Shown here: positions 59,421 to 64,000 of the stretch, in pieces
How positions within the stretch are numbered: position 1 is the first letter of the stretch
Layout of the letters: each line of letters starts with the position of its first letter
From: Spirochaetia bacterium
Lineage (GTDB): Bacteria > Spirochaetota > Spirochaetia > DSM-2461
Length of the DNA: 64,000 nt
Direction: 5' to 3'
Assembly (NCBI GenBank): GCA_963666985.2
Contig: CAXXIA010000002.1
Location: forward strand, 704,001 to 768,000
The notes under the pieces: model-generated
What the model saw: only the letters and a program-made list of their open reading frames with translations
The model's database searches: none
Told to the model about the DNA's origin: nothing
Position numbers and translations under genes: made by a program

Positions 59421-60605
59421 ATGAAAAAGACGTTGTTGATCCTGTTATCACTTGTTCTTGTTTCAACCGCCGCATTCGCCGGCGGCAGCGGAGAGGCCGC
59501 CTCCAAAGCATCGGGTGAAACAATAAAAGCCGGTCTGATCTACATCGGGCCCGCCGGAGACTTCGGCTGGACCTACGCTCACGAGATGGGCCGTGTGTAC
59601 GCGGAAGAAAAACTGCCCTGGCTCGAAACCATCATCGTGGAAAGCGTTCCCGAGGGCGATGCGGTGCGGTTCATCGACCGTCTGGTCCAGGAACAGCACG
59701 TCGATGTCGTGTTCACCACCAGCTTCGGCTACATGGAAGATACCGTTAAAGTCGCCGAAAAATATCCCGACGTTAAGTTCTTTCACTGCTCCGGCTACAT
59801 GAATGCTCCCAACATGGGCAACTACATGGCCGACATGTACCAAATCTATTATCTGAACGGTCTCATGGCCGGCGCCATTTCCAAATCCGATAAAATCGGT
59901 TACGTGGCGGCGTTTCCCATTCCCGAACTCTTCCGCCACATGAACGCTTTCGCCATCGGTGTGAAAGAGACAAATCCGGAAGCAACCATCAATGTGAAAT
60001 GGACCTTCGCCTGGTATGGTCCCGACAAAGCCCGCGAAGCCGCCGAAGCCCTTGTGGCCGAAGGCTGCGATGTTCTCGGCTTTACCGAGGATACTCCCAC
60101 GGTTATCGAAGTCGCCCAGTCCTATCAGAACAAAGGGAAAAAGATTTACGCGCTCTCTCACTACAGCCCGATGCAGGCTTATGGAAAAGACGCCGTCATC
60201 ACCGGCCAGCTCACCAACTGGGGCCCCCTGATGGTCCAAATGCTGGAAGATGTGAAAGCCGGCAAAGCGGAAGATCTTTCCAACTACGCTCTTCTGGATC
60301 TTCTGGATTCCGGTTCCGTTGAACTCGGCGCTTCCTGGGAAGAGAAAATCAATCCCGCGTACGTGGATACCTTCAAGGGCATCATGACCGACAACGCCGA
60401 CTTCGGCAAAATCAGCGTCTACGACCTGGTTATGAAGCGTTACGATCAGATGAAGAAAGGCCGGGATGTTTTCGATCCTTTCACGGGTCCTCTCTTTGAC
60501 ATGGACGGCAAACAGGTGGCCGCCGAGGGCGAAGTCCTCAGCATCGGACACCTCTTCGGCGAAATGAACTATCAGCTGGATAACTTCGTTACTCCGCTGC
60601 CGTAA
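59421..60605 (+). CDS. BMP-family ABC substrate-binding protein (likely purine/nucleoside)
   Basis: GPAGDFGWTYAH, TSFGY, HCSG, YLNG..AG, PFTGP; divergent from ygfK operon. Confidence 0.85.
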   Translation: MKKTLLILLSLVLVSTAAFAGGSGEAASKASGETIKAGLIYIGPAGDFGWTYAHEMGRVYAEEKLPWLETIIVESVPEGDAVRFIDRLVQEQHVDVVFTTSFGYMEDTVKVAEKYPDVKFFHCSGYMNAPNMGNYMADMYQIYYLNGLMAGAISKSDKIGYVAAFPIPELFRHMNAFAIGVKETNPEATINVKWTFAWYGPDKAREAAEALVAEGCDVLGFTEDTPTVIEVAQSYQNKGKKIYALSHYSPMQAYGKDAVITGQLTNWGPLMVQMLEDVKAGKAEDLSNYALLDLLDSGSVELGASWEEKINPAYVDTFKGIMTDNADFGKISVYDLVMKRYDQMKKGRDVFDPFTGPLFDMDGKQVAAEGEVLSIGHLFGEMNYQLDNFVTPLP

Positions 60606-60622
60606 CACACGGAAAACTCGGC

Positions 60623-60660
60623 AAAAAAGGGGCTGTCTTCTCACGGACGGCCCTTTTTTT
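60623..60660 (+). terminator. Intrinsic terminator (possibly bidirectional)
   Basis: A6-GGGGCTGTC-loop-GACGGCCC-T7. Confidence 0.85.
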
Positions 60661-60787
60661 ACGCCGGACTTCCTTTAACCCATAAGGAAGAAGAATTGCC
60701 TCCCGATATGATTTCCCGCAAATCTCCGCCCGAATGCCGTATACTGTTATCGGTTTCCCTTTACGCTGCTTTAAAGAGGTGAGTTCT

Positions 60788-61615
60788 ATGACACTTACAA
60801 TCCTCGCTGAAAATACACCGCATCCGTCAAATCCGGAATTAATCTCCAACCACGGATTTTCGATGCTCATCCAAACCGACGAAGAACATATTCTCTACGA
60901 TTTCGGTCCCGGGAATGGAACTCTTACCGAGAATGCACGAACCCTGGGAGTTCGTCTCTCAGGTGTTACCACGGCCGTACTCTCTCACGGCCACTACGAC
61001 CATTCCGGCGACATGGCGGCCTTTCTTAAGCTGAACAGCATCGCCACGGTTTATCACGGACGAGGCGCGTTCTTTCCGCGGTGGAGTATTTCCAAGGGTC
61101 CGGCAAGGGATATCGGCGTTCCCATCATCCCCACCGACGAGATCGTCAACCGCCTCTGTGTCGTCGACACTCTGAAGGAAATGGAAGAACTTATTATCCT
61201 GCCTGCGGCTCCGGGACATTGGCCGCGGCCGGCGGGAAACGCGAATCTTCTCTGCGGTGACGAAGGCGCCCGGCTTCCCGATGAATTTACCGACGAACTG
61301 AGCCTCATCCTCAAAGCGGGAAACGGAATCATTCTTATCTCCGGATGTTCGCACCGCGGCATACTGAACATCGTGGATCAAACGAAGACTTATTGCCCGA
61401 AATGTCCCATCCTCGCCATTATCGGAGGCTTTCACTTAACCGATTCCGAAACGGAAGAAACCCTTCGATTAATCGCGAAAGAACTCGCGGATAAGCTTCC
61501 GGAAACTCGAATCATTACCGGGCATTGCACGGGAGCGAAAGCAAAAAAGATCCTTTCGGAGCACCTGGGCGATTCTTTGGAAATCCTGCATGTCGGAAAG
61601 GTCTTTACTTTCTGA
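60788..61615 (+). CDS. MBL-fold metallo-hydrolase
   Basis: HGFS, SHGHYDH, GCSHRG, GGFH, GHCTG; start ATG 60788 after GAGGTG. Confidence 0.88.
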   Translation: MTLTILAENTPHPSNPELISNHGFSMLIQTDEEHILYDFGPGNGTLTENARTLGVRLSGVTTAVLSHGHYDHSGDMAAFLKLNSIATVYHGRGAFFPRWSISKGPARDIGVPIIPTDEIVNRLCVVDTLKEMEELIILPAAPGHWPRPAGNANLLCGDEGARLPDEFTDELSLILKAGNGIILISGCSHRGILNIVDQTKTYCPKCPILAIIGGFHLTDSETEETLRLIAKELADKLPETRIITGHCTGAKAKKILSEHLGDSLEILHVGKVFTF

Positions 61616-63632
61616 GATACTGAGCCACTTTCCGCATTAATTCGGACTCATCAACGGGCTTGGGCACGATATCCTCAAAACCGCTGTTTAAGATTTCTTC
61701 TTTTCCCAACTGATTCGAATAGGCCGTAACGGCTATAATGGGAATATCCGGATGAGAGTCTTTTATTCGCGCGGCGGCTTCAAGTCCGCCCATCAGCGGC
61801 ATATTAACATCCATAAGGATTAAATCGCATTCGTGCTTTCCGGCCAGGTCCACCGCTTCGGAACCATTGGCGGCCTCATCCACGTTATACCCATCTTGCT
61901 CCAAGATAGCCCGCAGACATAACCGGCTCACGCTTTCATCTTCCACCACGAGGATTAAAGGGCTTTTCGGCGGATTCTCAATTTCATTATTCATATCCGT
62001 CTCAACCATCTGCGCGATTGCACGCTTCAAAGGCAGCGAAACCGTAAACCGGCTTCCTTCACCTTCGGCACTTTGCAGATCAATCCGTCCTCCCATCGCT
62101 TGAACCAGTTCCTTCACAATATACAGCCCGATACCCGTACCGCCGATGCTTGTTTTTTCATTCGCCTGATGGTAGATATTGAAAATCGATTCCCGATCCT
62201 CCGGGCGGATTCCCATCCCTGTGTCGGCGACTTCAATACGCAGCATACCGTCCTCTTCGGTGGCGCTCAGATGAACAAATCCCTTATTCGTGTATTTAAC
62301 GGCGTTCGAAACAAGATTGGTCAGAATCTGATTGATTCTCTCTCTATCGCCGAGAACCAGTTTTACCCCATCGTCGATAATCGTCTTCATCTCCAGCCCC
62401 TTTTCCCGGGCCATATAGCCGCTTGTCTCGACGATATGCCGGCAGAGTTCCCGAAAATCGAACATCTCCTCCTGGATGGTGATTTTGCCTGTTTTAAGTA
62501 ACGTCAGATGCGTAATATCGTTGACAAGCCGATCAATGGTTCTGGCCGAGAACATCATAATATTGACCTGTTCCCGCTGATCCTCATTTAATTCGGATTC
62601 GCTTAAAAGGCTGGCCATCATCATCACTCCGTTCAGCGGCGAGCGGATTTCATGCCCGATATGCATCAAAAAATTGCTTCGCTCCTCCGATTCTCTTTCC
62701 GCCTTTTCCCGTGCGGCCTCCAATTCGTAAAAGAAATGGTTGAACATCAGCGCGAGATTAAACACGTCAACGACTTTTTCAACATGATCCAAATTCCGGC
62801 GGCAATATTCCTGATTCAAATTGAAGAGAACAAGCTGACTTGGAGAACTGTCAATATCATTTTCTTGAGGGCTCCAAGTCGGTACTCGAAGGATTCCGGT
62901 GACTTCCGCGGTACCGGAATCTTTCAGGGGTATGGAAATCCGCTCATTCAGATAGAACGCGCCTTCTATGCGTCCGTTCCGGCGCTTTTTCATAAGCTTT
63001 TCATCTTCCAAAAACCGCTGAAAGTAATCGGGAAGAGAACAGTCCTTATACTTCGGATCGGATTTAATTTCATAAATAAGTTTTTTCCCGGGGCTGTTGA
63101 TTTCCATAAATCCGCAGGTACTCTTCGATAAAGAAAGAACGGATTTCAGCATGGCCGGAACAATTTCGTCCAGAGACATGGACGAGATAAGAATTTTTCT
63201 TATAACCAGTTCCATAACGGCATCCAGTTCCTGGAATTCAAGAAATCTCTGTTCGAACGGCTGGTAATGAGTTATGGAATTCATATAAATGAATGTCGCC
63301 GGCGCATTATCCCAATCCATTCGGCCGTAGCGTCCCCGAAAGTGAACGAGAGAGCCGTCGCCGCGCACCATTCCGACATTCAGCATCGGAAGAACATATT
63401 CGCCCCGTTCAAAATGATGCAATGCGGTTATAAACGCCTGGGTGCGGGAATCGTCGAAAAGCAGATCGGTAATATTCAAACCCGCCAGTTCCTGCCGGGA
63501 CCGGCCGATCAGAGAGGCAAACCGTTCATTCGCGAACACAATGCGATCATCGCGAATAATGATGAGATTGCTCTCAATGGCTTCGGCTATTTCCCGCAGG
63601 TAATAATTGCTTCCCTGTTTGTTCTCATTCAT
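61605..63632 (-). CDS. Cytoplasmic PAS hybrid sensor kinase/response regulator
   Basis: PAS N-terminus, HEIRSPLNG, NAVKYT, GTGIGL, REC with LMDVNMP. Confidence 0.92.
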   Translation of the reverse strand: MNENKQGSNYYLREIAEAIESNLIIIRDDRIVFANERFASLIGRSRQELAGLNITDLLFDDSRTQAFITALHHFERGEYVLPMLNVGMVRGDGSLVHFRGRYGRMDWDNAPATFIYMNSITHYQPFEQRFLEFQELDAVMELVIRKILISSMSLDEIVPAMLKSVLSLSKSTCGFMEINSPGKKLIYEIKSDPKYKDCSLPDYFQRFLEDEKLMKKRRNGRIEGAFYLNERISIPLKDSGTAEVTGILRVPTWSPQENDIDSSPSQLVLFNLNQEYCRRNLDHVEKVVDVFNLALMFNHFFYELEAAREKAERESEERSNFLMHIGHEIRSPLNGVMMMASLLSESELNEDQREQVNIMMFSARTIDRLVNDITHLTLLKTGKITIQEEMFDFRELCRHIVETSGYMAREKGLEMKTIIDDGVKLVLGDRERINQILTNLVSNAVKYTNKGFVHLSATEEDGMLRIEVADTGMGIRPEDRESIFNIYHQANEKTSIGGTGIGLYIVKELVQAMGGRIDLQSAEGEGSRFTVSLPLKRAIAQMVETDMNNEIENPPKSPLILVVEDESVSRLCLRAILEQDGYNVDEAANGSEAVDLAGKHECDLILMDVNMPLMGGLEAAARIKDSHPDIPIIAVTAYSNQLGKEEILNSGFEDIVPKPVDESELMRKVAQYLRK

Positions 63633-63767
63633 ACGCGGCTCTCCGTGCATTCTACACTATACGTTTACTCTTGCCGCATCACATATAAAATCTTCTCGGT
63701 ATTCTTGCGCATCAGGTAAATTTTAAAGGATCTTGACCCTCCCTTGGCCATGTCCTAGGCTCATTCT

Positions 63768-64000
63768 ATGAACACTCCGGACATTCGTGAGCAAGTCGAT
63801 CTTATCCGAGAAGTTTTCGCTTATACCGAACAGTTTCGGGGATCCACCTTCGTTATAAAAATCACCAACGATATCATCGACCATCCCGATTTCCCGCAGC
63901 ATGCCCGGGATTTCGCTCTGCTCCACAAAGCCGGAATCCGCATCGTCATCGTACCCGGGGCCCGCCTGCGCATCGACGAAGTTCTGGATCGCTTCGACGT
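63768..64000 (+). CDS. argA: Amino-acid N-acetyltransferase (ArgA type), 5' part, truncated by window edge
   Basis: Own translation: MNTPDIREQVDLIREVFAYTEQFRGSTFVIKI...DFALLHKAGIRIVIVPGARLRIDEVL; absent from ORF track (no stop in window). Confidence 0.75.
   Translation, partial: MNTPDIREQVDLIREVFAYTEQFRGSTFVIKITNDIIDHPDFPQHARDFALLHKAGIRIVIVPGARLRIDEVLDRFD

Noticed and set aside
63723..63926. 67-aa minus-strand ORF
   Set aside because: Overlaps the better-supported plus-strand argA start

Overview
Bacterial chromosomal window, probably from a free-living anaerobic spirochaete (inferred only from the Cys-less 'MKK...FAGG/FANG' binding-protein leaders and the gene content). I recognised no rRNA, tRNA or CRISPR array. 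The backbone is a molybdenum-hydroxylase-linked anaerobic purine catabolism system in two co-oriented minus-strand blocks. Block 1 (45.2-58.5 kb) is ygfK-ssnA-ygeY-thrC-like-xdhA/C/B-PLP enzyme, with a divergent BMP-family binding protein. Block 2 (9.8-17.5 kb) is deaminase-ygfM-xdhD-ygeW-DRTGG-CBS/kinase. About 28 kb of accessory DNA lies between them. (i) An island at 17.7-33.3 kb is bounded by gene scars (IS91-type transposase fragment, ferritin 3' end, broken rubredoxin, chorismate synthase 3' end). It carries an ABC importer, a DUF6379 + TIM-barrel pair resembling the C-glycoside deglycosidase DgpB/DgpC, two Gfo/Idh/MocA oxidoreductases, another TIM-barrel enzyme and a two-component system split by an IS481 element. 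(ii) A rare-sugar cluster holds a ketose 3-epimerase, a xylose-isomerase-like enzyme, a cupin, an Rbs-type ABC transporter, LacI and RbsD. (iii) An AT-rich TPR-PrsW gene follows. The least explained signal is a ~200-nt non-coding element in two diverged, inverted copies (33057-33262 on +, 44974-45173 on -). The copies keep identical sequence blocks while their hairpin stems differ in sequence. A long SppA, a second LacI/Rbs-type ABC unit, an MBL hydrolase, a hybrid kinase and the 5' part of argA complete the window. All family assignments are from recognised motifs, not database searches.
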